Shown here: positions 1-9,726 of the stretch, piece after piece
How positions within the stretch are numbered: the first letter of the stretch is position 1
Layout of the letters: each line of letters starts with the position of its first letter
Assembly: GCA_043813075.1 (NCBI GenBank)
Contig: JBDRLL010000026.1
Coordinates: 1 to 23,847, forward strand
Length of the DNA stretch: 23,847 bases
DNA from: Candidatus Altiarchaeota archaeon
GTDB taxonomy: Archaea; Altiarchaeota; Altiarchaeia; IMC4; SCGC-AAA252-I15
Direction of reading: 5' to 3'
Program-made: the position numbers and the translations under genes
Notes under the pieces: model-generated
What the model saw: only the letters and a program-made list of their open reading frames with translations
Databases searched by the model: none
Told to the model about the DNA's origin: nothing

Positions 1-968
1 CCACAATATGGATGAGATACCCAAACGCCATAATACTGCCAGTGTACACCATATTATTCATCCAGAATATCAGGGAGAGCAGGAGAGAATACATTATCGG
101 ATCAACACTCAGGATAGCAATGGGGGCCACAATACTGATAATACCGTTACTTTACTACAATAACATGGTATATGGAGGTTATCTAAATACAGGTTTCGAA
201 TACCCACAATATCCCAGGGAAGGATTAACAACACGCAGCGGACTAAAATCAGTATCAGGCTCACCAAACCAGCTTATCAAACACACACTAATGCTCCCAA
301 TCATCGGAACACTAGCATTTCCAGCACTAGCATTCGCAGCACTAGGACTACTAGCATCAATAAGAAAAAAAGAGAAAGGAATATTTATTTTGATAACACT
401 AGCGACAAGCATAATATTATTCGTCTTCTACGGTCGCCTACAGACAACAGGTGGAGCGTACAGTGACTTGGGCCCTGAGTCGTCGTTCATCAGGTATCTG
501 CTGCCCATGTTCGCGTTGCTAGGTGTATTTACTGTGGAGGGCTTGAATGTGGTGAAGGCCAGGGTAGGCAATGCCGTAGGCGGCCTGTTGTTTGTGGGTT
601 TGGTTGTTGGTAGCGTGCTTGCCACAGTCTTCATCCCGTATGGCGGTTTGTTGTACACTTACAATCAGAAGGTTTATTACATGAGTGTGCGGACTAGTGT
701 TTTGGAGAAGACTTCGCCGGATGCGGTCGTCTTCACCGGGTTCTGGGATAAGGTGATATATCCGGATAGGACGACTTTTATCTACTGGTATCCGCCGGAG
801 CGGGAGGAGAACATTAGGGTGATCGGGGAGCTGTTGAAGGCCGGGACGCCAGTCTACTTGCTTGAGGACCGGGATGACATGACGCAGGACGAGTACATTC
901 TGGATAATACGGTGAACAGGGTTATCGACGGGGACATACGGTTGTATGAGATTATGGGTGTGAAGTAG
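1..968 (+). CDS. Polytopic membrane protein, probable GT-C fold glycosyltransferase (GT39/ArnT/PMT-like), 5'-truncated by window edge
   Basis: Frame is open upstream of ATG 12 (ACA ATA TGG ATG AGA). About 6 hydrophobic segments, 'YNNMVYGG' loop, 'RYLLP' motif typical of GT-C enzymes, soluble C-terminal domain; lies next to a glycan cluster. Confidence 0.6.
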   Translation, partial: TIWMRYPNAIILPVYTILFIQNIRESRREYIIGSTLRIAMGATILIIPLLYYNNMVYGGYLNTGFEYPQYPREGLTTRSGLKSVSGSPNQLIKHTLMLPIIGTLAFPALAFAALGLLASIRKKEKGIFILITLATSIILFVFYGRLQTTGGAYSDLGPESSFIRYLLPMFALLGVFTVEGLNVVKARVGNAVGGLLFVGLVVGSVLATVFIPYGGLLYTYNQKVYYMSVRTSVLEKTSPDAVVFTGFWDKVIYPDRTTFIYWYPPEREENIRVIGELLKAGTPVYLLEDRDDMTQDEYILDNTVNRVIDGDIRLYEIMGVK

Positions 969-2237
969 TCATACGGTTATGTTCATCTCCTGTAGTTGTT
1001 GCCTGCTGAATCTGGTCATCCGGTATATGGTGGACCTCTTTTTTTGTTCGGCATTCATTTCCGGGTTCCAGAAGTCCCATACTATCTCTCCGCCGCGGGT
1101 TATCTCGAAGGCGTGGCCTTTGGTGGATTCGGTGATGAGTATGTTTCCGTTGGGTAGTGGTTGGCTGCCTCCCATGCCTTCGGAGTAGAATGATTTCGGG
1201 GGGTTGGCTGTGTACTCCCAGACGATTTGTTTGGTGAGGGGGTTGAGTTCTATTATGCGGGAGTAGTTTCTGCTTAGGCCGTTGTCGTATATGAGGAGGT
1301 TTCCGTTGTCCATGAGTGTTGGCTGGTGCGGTCCCTGCAGGTCGTCCTGGCCCCAGCTCCATACTATCTCCTCCTTGTCCAGGTCGACTACTAGTATTAG
1401 GTCGAGGAATCTGACTGCAGTCAGCGCGTTGCCTTCCACTGCGAAGCCGGTGATGTTGCGGTGGACTATTTCTATGGTGTTGGTGTGGAAGATGTCGTAT
1501 CTCTCGTTGGATACGATGGTTTTCCCGTCGACTTCCCTTATCTTCGGGCCCACGTTTTCACCGTACTCGTTTGTCACAATCTTCTTCAACAGCTCCTTCT
1601 TCGGCAGGTCATTGTCTTTCACGAACACGAGGTCGTGGAGGGAGATGTTCTTCAGTAGTGTGCCGTCCTCCAGCATCACCTGGATTTCATTGTTCTTCGC
1701 CTTCGTGAGACCGTATTCCGGGAGGTCGAGCATGGCGTACTCGTCGCGGAGGACGTACAGCCTCCCGCCCTTTGAAACGTCGATGTCGTGGTGGAATCCG
1801 TCCTTGAATTTAAATAGCCTGTTGGAGTCCCAGTCGTACTTCCAGAGGTTGTATTGCACTAGGAACACGTTCCCGTTGTCTGCGAGTTCAACATGCTTCC
1901 ACGGTTCTGTTGGGACATTAAAATCCCATGAGTGGACTACGCGCCCGTCCATGTCAATCAGGTAGGCTTTAGTCATCGTGTTGGAGGCGTAGAAGTTCAA
2001 GCCGTCGTAGGCGTTCCTCCTGTCGTAGTACGTGACCCCAGACTTGTTCAAGTCCTCCGGGCTGACGTCAGCCCAGCTCGCGTACCCCAAGTCCACGAGA
2101 CGCTCCGTTGAAGGGTCGGCGCTGGGTGAATCACGCCAGTAGCCTGCGAGTAGCGGGTGTATGGCGTATGCCGCGAGCCCGGTGAACGCGAGCAGGAGTA
2201 TGATGGACGATGCGAGTATCCTAGTCCTGGCTTTCAT
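969..2237 (-). CDS. Arylsulfotransferase (ASST) family beta-propeller protein, N-terminal membrane anchor/signal
   Basis: Motifs FHHDID, DIFHTNTI, GPHQPTLMDNGNLLIYDNG, SRIIELNP, GGSQPLPNGNILITES, IYR match ASST family patterns; hydrophobic N-terminus. Confidence 0.85.
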   Translation of the reverse strand: MKARTRILASSIILLLAFTGLAAYAIHPLLAGYWRDSPSADPSTERLVDLGYASWADVSPEDLNKSGVTYYDRRNAYDGLNFYASNTMTKAYLIDMDGRVVHSWDFNVPTEPWKHVELADNGNVFLVQYNLWKYDWDSNRLFKFKDGFHHDIDVSKGGRLYVLRDEYAMLDLPEYGLTKAKNNEIQVMLEDGTLLKNISLHDLVFVKDNDLPKKELLKKIVTNEYGENVGPKIREVDGKTIVSNERYDIFHTNTIEIVHRNITGFAVEGNALTAVRFLDLILVVDLDKEEIVWSWGQDDLQGPHQPTLMDNGNLLIYDNGLSRNYSRIIELNPLTKQIVWEYTANPPKSFYSEGMGGSQPLPNGNILITESTKGHAFEITRGGEIVWDFWNPEMNAEQKKRSTIYRMTRFSRQQLQEMNITV

Positions 2238-2270
2238 TGTTAATCAAGGGTGATGATGCAATAAAAATTT

Positions 2271-3377
2271 CTAGATTATGGATTCGAGCAGCTTCAGGTG
2301 CTGTCCGGCCACGACGTCTGGCTTGAACCTGTCAGCCCACTCCAACAGCCCTTGCTCAGGGAAATCCCTGCCACCCATCATCTCAAGGATCGCTTCCCGT
2401 ATCCCCTCCACACTGTTCTCCCGCAGCAGTATGCCTGACACCCCGTCTGAGACGGCGTCGGGTATGCCGCCGGTCCTGCTGGCGACCACCGGCCTGCCGC
2501 ACGCGTTAGCCTCCACGTAGACTATGCCGAAGCCCTCGTAGTCCCCGGAATCCGGCAGCTCACACGGCGTTAGTATGAGGAAGTCGCATAGGGGATAGTA
2601 TTTCAGCAGCCCGTTGTCAGAGACCTGGCCTGCGAACACCACCCTCCCGGATATGCCGAGCGCTGACGCATGCTCCATGAGGCTATCGCGTTCCGGGCCG
2701 TCGCCGACGATATAGTAGGTGTATTCACGGTCTATTGTGGACAACGCCTCCAGCACCTGGCGGAATCCCTTCCGCCCCACAAGCCGTCCTACGCTCAGGA
2801 GGACGCTGCCGGAGAGCCTGCTCCGCTCTGAGGAGACGTCTGGAAGGGCCTTGAAGCGGTCCACGTCGACGGGGGGGTTAACCACCTCCATCCTGCCTGC
2901 GAGACCGCACCTTAAGGCGGTATCACGGGTGTAGCGGCTGTTGGCGATTAGCAGTGAGGCGCGTGCCACTAGACGCTTCAACAGCATCTTGCCGGGATTA
3001 ATGCTCCTGGGGTTCGCCCACGAGTAGAAGTCGAGGCCGTTCAGCATGCACGCATACGGGACTCTAGTGAGGATACTGTACCAGGCGGCGGTGAACATGG
3101 ACGCGTTGCAGTCCACGCTCAACACCGCGTCAAAGTCTCTGCCGAGATTCTCGACCACCCTCCTGGCGTTCACCAGCCCGATGAGAGAGCCGGTGTGGAA
3201 GGGGAGGCTGGGTGTTGGACTCATCAGCGGATGCACTCCCTTGGACGCCGGCAGGCTGGAGTCGGTAACAACCGAGACATCATGCAGTCTGCCGAACTCC
3301 CTCGCCAGGAGCACCGCGTTGTTCACGTGGCCGCCGACTTTGGGGGCGTAGTCGTAGGAGACGATGAGGATCCTCAT
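2271..3377 (-). CDS. Glycosyltransferase family 4 (GT-B)
   Basis: MRILIVSYDYAPKVGG start, ANSRYT, LSVGRLVGRKG, EGFGIVYVEANACGRPVV (E-x7-E) motifs. Confidence 0.93.
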   Translation of the reverse strand: MRILIVSYDYAPKVGGHVNNAVLLAREFGRLHDVSVVTDSSLPASKGVHPLMSPTPSLPFHTGSLIGLVNARRVVENLGRDFDAVLSVDCNASMFTAAWYSILTRVPYACMLNGLDFYSWANPRSINPGKMLLKRLVARASLLIANSRYTRDTALRCGLAGRMEVVNPPVDVDRFKALPDVSSERSRLSGSVLLSVGRLVGRKGFRQVLEALSTIDREYTYYIVGDGPERDSLMEHASALGISGRVVFAGQVSDNGLLKYYPLCDFLILTPCELPDSGDYEGFGIVYVEANACGRPVVASRTGGIPDAVSDGVSGILLRENSVEGIREAILEMMGGRDFPEQGLLEWADRFKPDVVAGQHLKLLESII

Positions 3378-3386
3378 GTTAAGACA

Positions 3387-4820
3387 TTAAAACCAGTGTT
3401 TAAACACTGGAGACAGGTCGCTGCAAAGGCCTTCCACCATCCTCCTGTTGAGTAGGTGGTTCAATAGCGCGAACAGCAGCGTGTATGCGACAGCCTTCAC
3501 CATCAGCGAGGCGTGCGCGTTGTCGAACGGCAGGATGAACACGAAGGCTGGGAGGGCTGAGATGAGGAAGTTCACTGTGATGACTGACAGCATGCGGGAG
3601 TAGTCTGCTTTCAGTATCCCCGCGACCGCCTTAAGGCTGGCGGAGACGCTTATGACGTTGGATACTGTGGCAGCTATCGCCACGCCCAACGCACCAACGT
3701 ATATGGTGGACGGGAAGACGAGGAGGGTGAAGGACACCAGCTGTATGAGCGCGTAGTATGCGACCAGGCGGGGCTTGCCAGCAGCCTGGAATACGCTGCC
3801 TGTCGTGGCGCCGACGCTCCGCACCATCCCGTACAGGCAGAGCACCCACGCGAGGAGGACTGACGGCAGCCACTTGGAGCCGATGAAGAGGATTATGAAG
3901 TCCTTGTACAACCCCATTATGAGAAAGCCCGCTGGGAAAGACAGGAGCGTGACGTAGGATAGCTTCTTCACGTAGGCGTTGCGGAAGGACTTGACGTCAG
4001 ACTTCATCCTGCTGTAGACTGGGAACATGACCCTGCCCACAACATGCGTTATCTGGGTTGCGGGGATATTGCCGAACATGTAGGCTAGGGTGTAGTAGCC
4101 GAGTATGGAGGCTCCGAACATGCGGCCTATTATCGCGTCATCCAGGTTGGCGTTAGCGAAGAGTATGATGTTGGCGGAGATGAGGGGCATGCTGTATGAC
4201 AGCAGGCTCCTCGCCGAATCCATGCTGAACGAGAGGGAGGGAATCCACCGCGAGTAGGACCACATCGTGACCACCCTCACGAGGGAGGACGCCACGTAAC
4301 CCCACACGATGCTCCACAATCCGAAGCCAGCCCACGCGAGGTACAGTGACACGATAGCGTAGGAGACTGTCGATATCACGTCAGGCATCATCCTGGCCTT
4401 GAACCTCAAGTCCCTCTCAAGCAGGGAGGCGTGGACAACACCCAGAGAGTCTATGACGAGAGTCAACGCCAGCACCCTCACCACCAGGGTGACGTCAGCC
4501 TGGAAGAAGCCGGAGACCACGGGAGCGGACAGATAGATGATGGCGTACAGCAGCGACGCTATGGCAGGCTGCATGACGAACGCTGAGTCAGCGCCCCGAC
4601 GCCCGCCCTTACCGTATATCAAAGCCTGACCCACCTCATGATTCCGGAAGAGGCCGAGGGTGTTGACCACCAGGAGGCCTATGGCTATGAGCCCGAAGTC
4701 CTCAGGCAGGAGCATCCTCGCCAGCACTATCTTGACTATGAACTCTACGGCACGCACCATGAACGTGCCTGACATCATCCAGAATGTGCCTGAGACTGCG
4801 GTCGACTTCAAGTCGGTCAT
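3387..4820 (-). CDS. Oligosaccharide flippase (Wzx/PST, MOP superfamily)
   Basis: About 12-14 TM segments; 'VLARMLLPEDFGL', 'GFGLWSIVWG', 'LGYYTLAY', 'FPVYSR', 'GSKW' motifs of WzxC-like flippases. Confidence 0.9.
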   Translation of the reverse strand: MTDLKSTAVSGTFWMMSGTFMVRAVEFIVKIVLARMLLPEDFGLIAIGLLVVNTLGLFRNHEVGQALIYGKGGRRGADSAFVMQPAIASLLYAIIYLSAPVVSGFFQADVTLVVRVLALTLVIDSLGVVHASLLERDLRFKARMMPDVISTVSYAIVSLYLAWAGFGLWSIVWGYVASSLVRVVTMWSYSRWIPSLSFSMDSARSLLSYSMPLISANIILFANANLDDAIIGRMFGASILGYYTLAYMFGNIPATQITHVVGRVMFPVYSRMKSDVKSFRNAYVKKLSYVTLLSFPAGFLIMGLYKDFIILFIGSKWLPSVLLAWVLCLYGMVRSVGATTGSVFQAAGKPRLVAYYALIQLVSFTLLVFPSTIYVGALGVAIAATVSNVISVSASLKAVAGILKADYSRMLSVITVNFLISALPAFVFILPFDNAHASLMVKAVAYTLLFALLNHLLNRRMVEGLCSDLSPVFKHWF

Positions 4821-5953
4821 AAGACCACCCCAAGCCTGGAGGACACTGCGTCCGTGAAATCTTTCACAATCCTATCGAGGGAATACGTCTTAGCCCGCTC
4901 AACACAGCGGGAAGACAATTCACGATAGTAGGGGTCATCATCGAACATCCTGTTGACCGCCTCAACCCACGAGCCCGTATTCAAGTCCAACACAACACCA
5001 GCGTCACCCACCACATCAGGCAGCCCGCCCATACCTGACACCAACGCTGGTATGCCGCTGACCATCGCCTCCACCGCCACGCGGCCGAACGGTTCAGGCC
5101 AGACGGAAGGCATGACGACTATGCGGGAGCGGGAGTATACTTCCCTGACGTCATCAACCATGCCCACGCATTCGACGTTCGGGAGGAGTGATGCCTTCTT
5201 CCTGAATCCCTGTTCGCCGTCGCCGGCCACCATGAACCTGCGTTCAGGCATCCCCCCAGCCATCTTCAACACGAGTCCGCTACCCTTCTCCCTCCGGGGG
5301 TTGAAGAACGCGACGCAGTCCCCGTTACTCCCGGACACCCTGTATCGCTCAGGGTCTATGAACGGGGGAACAACCGGGGAGTCCACTCCCGAGAACTTCT
5401 TGACGACACGCGACATGTACCCGCTGTTGGACAACACAAGGCCCGCACCCCTCAAAGCGTCCTCGTGGAGGGACTGGGTCCGCCTTATGAACGGGTAGTG
5501 GAATGGCTTCAACAGGTCGGTGTAGCAGGACCAGCATCCCCTGCTGCAAGCGAACGGATCCACCCTGAAGAAGCCGTCGGGACAGAAGTGCTCGTAGCTC
5601 CTCGCGAACACGACAGACTTCACGCCATGCCTCCTGCAGGCGTCAACGACAGGGGGCGTGAAGTCCAGTTGAGTCAGAACCAGGTCAGGCTCGAAGTCGA
5701 GTATGTGCTCTGACACAACACGCTTGAACCAGTCCATCCTCCGCATCAACGCAAGCCAATAGTATGCCGGCGGCGTGGAAGCCATCTTAACCACGTGAAC
5801 CCTCACGCCATCCTCGACCATGAAGTCGTCCCCACCGCCAGTGCACAGGACCCGCACACTATGGCTACCGGCGAGACGGGACAATAGGGTCCGCACAGAC
5901 TCCTCAGCCCCCCCATGACCCAGGTAATTCCTGGCAGCGAAAAGTATCCTCAT
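4817..5953 (-). CDS. Glycosyltransferase family 4
   Basis: GGAE N-terminal motif, 'HFCP..C..C..C' insert, EKG, EPFGRVAVEAMVSGIP; 4-bp overlaps (ATGA) with both neighbours. Confidence 0.92.
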   Translation of the reverse strand: MRILFAARNYLGHGGAEESVRTLLSRLAGSHSVRVLCTGGGDDFMVEDGVRVHVVKMASTPPAYYWLALMRRMDWFKRVVSEHILDFEPDLVLTQLDFTPPVVDACRRHGVKSVVFARSYEHFCPDGFFRVDPFACSRGCWSCYTDLLKPFHYPFIRRTQSLHEDALRGAGLVLSNSGYMSRVVKKFSGVDSPVVPPFIDPERYRVSGSNGDCVAFFNPRREKGSGLVLKMAGGMPERRFMVAGDGEQGFRKKASLLPNVECVGMVDDVREVYSRSRIVVMPSVWPEPFGRVAVEAMVSGIPALVSGMGGLPDVVGDAGVVLDLNTGSWVEAVNRMFDDDPYYRELSSRCVERAKTYSLDRIVKDFTDAVSSRLGVVL

Positions 5954-7047
5954 AACACGCCCTCATAAACCCTCATCGTCTTGCGCGCAGCCTCATCCCA
6001 CGTGAAGCCGCCAGCCCGCTCCACACCCCGCCCGGACAGCCTGCCAGACAGACTATCGGAATCCAGGACACTCCGCAACGCGTCAGCCAACCCGCCCTCA
6101 TCAAGAGGATCCACCATCAGGCCGGCGTCACCCACCACCTCCGGGAGACTGCTACTATTGCTGCACACAACAGGCGTACCGCACGCCATGGCCTCCAGCA
6201 CAGGCAGCCCGAACCCCTCGTAGAGGGAGGGGAACGCGAACACGCTGGCGAGACTATACAGGCCGGGCAGGTCCTCGCGGGGCACGTAGCCTGTGAACAA
6301 GACACGATCCTCCAGGCCGAGTTCAGAGACCATGCGGAAGAAGCCCTCATACTTCCACCCCCGCCTGCCGACCAGCAGAAGCCGGTGTTCCACGCCCGAG
6401 TCCACGAGAATCCTGAATGCCTTCAGGAGCGTGGGTATGTTCTTCCGCGGCTCGAGAGTCCCAGTGTAGAGTATGAACGGGAAGTCGAGGCCGTACTTCC
6501 CCCGGACGCCTGAGCCGTCCGTCTTCCTGAACACTGGGTCAACGCCCTCGTGTATGACGGTGACAATCGACTCGTCAACATCATAATGCTCGAGAAGGTC
6601 CTTCCGCGTGTTCTCGCTCACAGCGATGATGGCGTCAGAGGCCGCGAGCTCCCGAGGCTTCACGAGCCGGTGGTTCAATGAGACCGCGAGCTTATGGGCT
6701 CCGGGAAAGAGTATGCCGGTCAGATCATGGACTGTGTAGACCTTACGGAAGCCGCCACCCCCAATGGGGATGAAATCACAGAGTCCGTGCACCAGGCCGA
6801 CGCCGGTCTTACCTATGATCTTCGGGAGACGCAGGTGATTGCTCAGAGTATTCAGCACAGGCAGCCGGGTGTACCTGCGCCTCTCTGAGAAGCCGCAACC
6901 GTCCAGGGAATACCAGAGGCCGTCGTATGAGACGCCCACATACTCGACATCCGGGAAAACCCTCCTCAAACCGGACTCGAGGCCTGATGCGTAGGTGTGA
7001 AGGCCAGTAGCCTCAGGATCCACTGCGCCAAGCAAGCCAACCCTCAT
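5950..7047 (-). CDS. Glycosyltransferase family 4 (MtfB/WbaZ-like putative mannosyltransferase)
   Basis: TVHDL, AVSENTRKDL, GTLEPRKN, FPSLYEGFGLPVLEAMACGTPV, SSLPEVVGDA. ATG at 7047 (TTG 7050 alternative). Confidence 0.93.
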   Translation of the reverse strand: MRVGLLGAVDPEATGLHTYASGLESGLRRVFPDVEYVGVSYDGLWYSLDGCGFSERRRYTRLPVLNTLSNHLRLPKIIGKTGVGLVHGLCDFIPIGGGGFRKVYTVHDLTGILFPGAHKLAVSLNHRLVKPRELAASDAIIAVSENTRKDLLEHYDVDESIVTVIHEGVDPVFRKTDGSGVRGKYGLDFPFILYTGTLEPRKNIPTLLKAFRILVDSGVEHRLLLVGRRGWKYEGFFRMVSELGLEDRVLFTGYVPREDLPGLYSLASVFAFPSLYEGFGLPVLEAMACGTPVVCSNSSSLPEVVGDAGLMVDPLDEGGLADALRSVLDSDSLSGRLSGRGVERAGGFTWDEAARKTMRVYEGVL

Positions 7048-7090
7048 CAAAGAAGATATCAGATTTCCAGGATTAATAACAGTTGAACAG

Positions 7091-7132
7091 GGTTTAAACC
7101 AGCTTTTATAAAAGACTGCATCATAATATAAA
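7091..7132. promoter_or_regulatory. Divergent archaeal promoter region
   Basis: Palindromic CTTTTATAAAAG (7103-7114), GGTTTAAACC (7091-7100) and TAATATAAA (7124-7132) between the divergent GT operon and the 7150 gene. Confidence 0.5.
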
Positions 7133-7149
7133 CAGTGGGTGGTTGGGCT

Positions 7150-8571
7150 GTGAAACGCAAGATGGACGCCGTCAGCCGCCAGTACATACTGAAGACAGGA
7201 GTGATGCTGCTGCTACTAGCGAACTTCAGCCTCACAGTCAACGCAGGACCCATAGGCGACGCCGCGCTCGGCACCAGCAGATTCTACTGGATACTCATGA
7301 TGGTGGCACTCCTCTTCCTCGCAGTCATAATCGTTGCTGAGAGAAGGTCGAAGCCCATCGAGATACTGGGCCTGTCCTACGACAGGAAGACGCATAAGCT
7401 GGAGCTGACCATCAGGAACAACAGCACTAGGGGATACTGCATCAAGACCGCGTTAAGGCACGTGAAGCCCGCCGCCAATCCGGATGGAGCAGCGTCATCG
7501 GAGGGAAGGGTGTCGATGGCTTCCGCCAGCGCGTCAAGACCGAGGAAGATGTTCGACCTCCTCTGCGAGGACGACAAGCCGGTCTTCGTCAAGCCAAGGG
7601 AGACCAAGACGCTCAACTACGGCCTGATACTGCCGCAAGACCACGTCAACTTCGAGAACAACAAGAACGTTGAAGTCCACATCTCCTACGGCGAAGACAT
7701 GATGCACTTGAGCGACAGGCTGGATGAGGACGACCGCATAGACTTGATAAGGGATGCGCCGGCAGACGCCTTATTCACGAACGATGAGATCTCTGAGGCA
7801 AGTGATATGATGAGGGAACTCCTCCCAGACGCGGACCCGGCGTTCACACAAAGCGAGGTGGACGACGCCGTCAGGATGGCTGGGGGGATGCTACAACCCC
7901 AAGAACGCGTGTTCACCATAAGCGAGGTTGAGGAGGCCAGGCGGATGGCGAGAGAACTCTGCAAGAAGCCTGAGGAAACGCCAGCTCCTGAAGACAATCC
8001 CCCCGTAAGCCAGCCTGCCCCAGAGGATGACGCCGCTATGGCAAAGCAGATAGTCGACACCGTCATACTGGTGAAAGACCTGTCGGAGGCTGTGGAGAAC
8101 ACTCCGGACGAGCTCGTGTCACAGCACATGGAGGTGGGTGAAATATCCGAGTGGGTGAGGAACATAATCCAGGACCACCAGCTCGCAGACAGGATAGACT
8201 CCATCAGCGGAGACCCGCATCACGTGAAGAAGAGCCTGCTGGGGATACTGGACGAACACCTGGAGTCGAAGAAACACCCGTACCTCAGGAGGGTCAGGCA
8301 CGACGAGTCATTCAGGCTGATGCTGGACCACGGGCAGATGATGGGCGAAGTATTCCTGCTCGAAGACCTGCTGGCCTCGATACACGACAGCACAGACAGG
8401 ACCATAGAATTCCACACCAGGAACGGCAACGACTTCGCCAACTGGATAAGACACTGCGTGGGAGACACGCTCCTCGCCGACGCGCTGGAAGAATGCAGGG
8501 GAGACGCGAAGAGGCAGAGGAGGCAGATGATAGAGACGCTGAACGCGAGGATAATGCAGTTAAGATACTAG
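7150..8571 (+). CDS. Membrane-anchored hypothetical protein with internal helical repeats and two C-terminal DUF5752-like repeats
   Basis: Two N-terminal hydrophobic segments. C-terminal 'FHTRNGNDFANWIRHCVGDTLLADAL' and degenerate 'HMEVGEISEWVRNIIQDHQLADRI' resemble the NDF-x-x-W motif of DUF5752. Start uncertain (GTG 7135/7150 or ATG 7162). Confidence 0.65.
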   Translation: MKRKMDAVSRQYILKTGVMLLLLANFSLTVNAGPIGDAALGTSRFYWILMMVALLFLAVIIVAERRSKPIEILGLSYDRKTHKLELTIRNNSTRGYCIKTALRHVKPAANPDGAASSEGRVSMASASASRPRKMFDLLCEDDKPVFVKPRETKTLNYGLILPQDHVNFENNKNVEVHISYGEDMMHLSDRLDEDDRIDLIRDAPADALFTNDEISEASDMMRELLPDADPAFTQSEVDDAVRMAGGMLQPQERVFTISEVEEARRMARELCKKPEETPAPEDNPPVSQPAPEDDAAMAKQIVDTVILVKDLSEAVENTPDELVSQHMEVGEISEWVRNIIQDHQLADRIDSISGDPHHVKKSLLGILDEHLESKKHPYLRRVRHDESFRLMLDHGQMMGEVFLLEDLLASIHDSTDRTIEFHTRNGNDFANWIRHCVGDTLLADALEECRGDAKRQRRQMIETLNARIMQLRY

Positions 8572-8906
8572 TCGCCCTCCTTCTCACGGGATATCGCCAG
8601 CTCCCTCACAATCTTCGCCAGATCCACGCGCAACTCCTCCAGATACACGTAGACCCTGAAGGTCAGGTAATACGCCCCCAACACGCTGACGACAAGTATG
8701 AAGTCGAGGGGCCGGTCGATCCCCACAGCCTTCGATAAGACCTCGAACTGGTCTGTGAACAAGAGGAACAGTATCACCGTAACCCATGAGATAGTCCAGA
8801 ATAGGAACATGCCCGGACTTATCCTACCGTCCCTGAGACGGAGGAAGACCCTGCTCAACGCGAACAGGCTGAACAATATGCCCGCCAGGGTCATGACGTC
8901 AATCAT
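8568..8906 (-). CDS. DUF2304 family small membrane protein
   Basis: 112 aa, 3 TM, 'FW', 'GIDRPLD', C-terminal 'LAKIVRELAI' typical of DUF2304; translationally coupled to a GT2, the usual context. Confidence 0.85.
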   Translation of the reverse strand: MIDVMTLAGILFSLFALSRVFLRLRDGRISPGMFLFWTISWVTVILFLLFTDQFEVLSKAVGIDRPLDFILVVSVLGAYYLTFRVYVYLEELRVDLAKIVRELAISREKEGD

Positions 8907-9577
8907 CGCCCACCACCAGGCCTGTGCAACAACATCCTCCAGAGTATCCTGAAACCATCGTAGACATTAGTACCCTTACTAATTGAATGGCTGGTATATA
9001 TTACCTCCACCGGAACCTCCCGCATCACAAGACCCTTCCGTCGGACCTCCAGGAGAATCTCGGAGGAAACCTCATAACGGTTGGACTTCACCCTTATGGA
9101 ATCCACAGCCCTCCGGTTGAACGCCCGCAACCCGCTCTGGGAGTCGGAAGACCACACGCCAAACAACAGGAACGTGAGCACGTTAAGAAGACCGTTGCCG
9201 ACCCGCTTCACCAAAGGCATGCGCGCCAGATTGATCTTGCGGACGCCGATCACGACGTCAGCGTCAGACAAAGCATCAACCAGCTTCACAACCTCGCCGG
9301 GATTATGCTGGCCGTCAGCGTCAAATGTCACGACAACATCATAACCCTCCCGCCTGGCAACCTCGAAGCCGGTGGATACCGCAGCACCATAACCCATGTT
9401 CAATGAATGCCTGACCAAACGAAACCCAGCATCACGCGCCAGACGCACCGTATCATCCAAACTCCCATCATCCACAATCAAGACGTCATAGGGAAGCATG
9501 GAGAGGGAATCCAACACGCCAGCTATAGAAGAGGCCTCATTAAACGCGGGAACCACCAGCAAAACCCTGGAAGCCAT
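8903..9577 (-). CDS. Glycosyltransferase family 2, DPM1-like polyprenol-phosphate glycosyltransferase
   Basis: VPAFNE, VDDGSLDDT, NMGYGAA, TFDADGQH, DSQSGLRAF. ATG 9577 preferred: TTTATATA box 21 nt upstream on the minus strand (9599-9606). Confidence 0.92.
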   Translation of the reverse strand: MASRVLLVVPAFNEASSIAGVLDSLSMLPYDVLIVDDGSLDDTVRLARDAGFRLVRHSLNMGYGAAVSTGFEVARREGYDVVVTFDADGQHNPGEVVKLVDALSDADVVIGVRKINLARMPLVKRVGNGLLNVLTFLLFGVWSSDSQSGLRAFNRRAVDSIRVKSNRYEVSSEILLEVRRKGLVMREVPVEVIYTSHSISKGTNVYDGFRILWRMLLHRPGGGR

Positions 9578-9616
9578 ACAAGATAAATAATTACAAAGTA
9601 TATAAACCATTCCGGA

Positions 9617-9627
9617 TTATAATTAAA
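9617..9627 (+). promoter_or_regulatory. TATA box for the structured element/tRNA-Gly transcript
   Basis: TTATAATTAAA starting 25 nt upstream of the element at 9642; no other TATA box before the tRNA. Confidence 0.5.
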
Positions 9628-9641
9628 ACCGCCATAAAAAC

Positions 9642-9726
9642 GCGCCCATTGTCGAACGGCCCAGCCCGTTCACGCCTGAGGGCGGCTTCGGCCATCCCGG
9701 CCTCAGCCCCCCGGAACATGGGTGCC
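9642..9726 (+). ncRNA. Putative tRNA-like structured RNA (or tRNA pseudogene) upstream of tRNA-Gly
   Basis: Closing stem GCGCCCAT/ATGGGTGC; internal stems GAACGG/CCGTTC and CTGAGG/CCTCAG; GGC-TTCG-GCC hairpin; 5' end duplicates the tRNA-Gly 5' end. Confidence 0.45.

Noticed and set aside
952-1965. Overlapping ORFs 952-1362(-), 979-1188(+), 1282-1965(+), 1461-1658(+)
   Set aside because: Alternative-frame or antisense shadows of the arylsulfotransferase; no motifs.
9642-9726. Identification of the element as tRNA-Sec, 5S rRNA, SRP RNA, TPP/fluoride riboswitch, C/D sRNA or split-tRNA half
   Set aside because: No UCA anticodon, no TTCRA T loop, no C/D boxes and none of the conserved cores of those families on either strand, as judged by eye.
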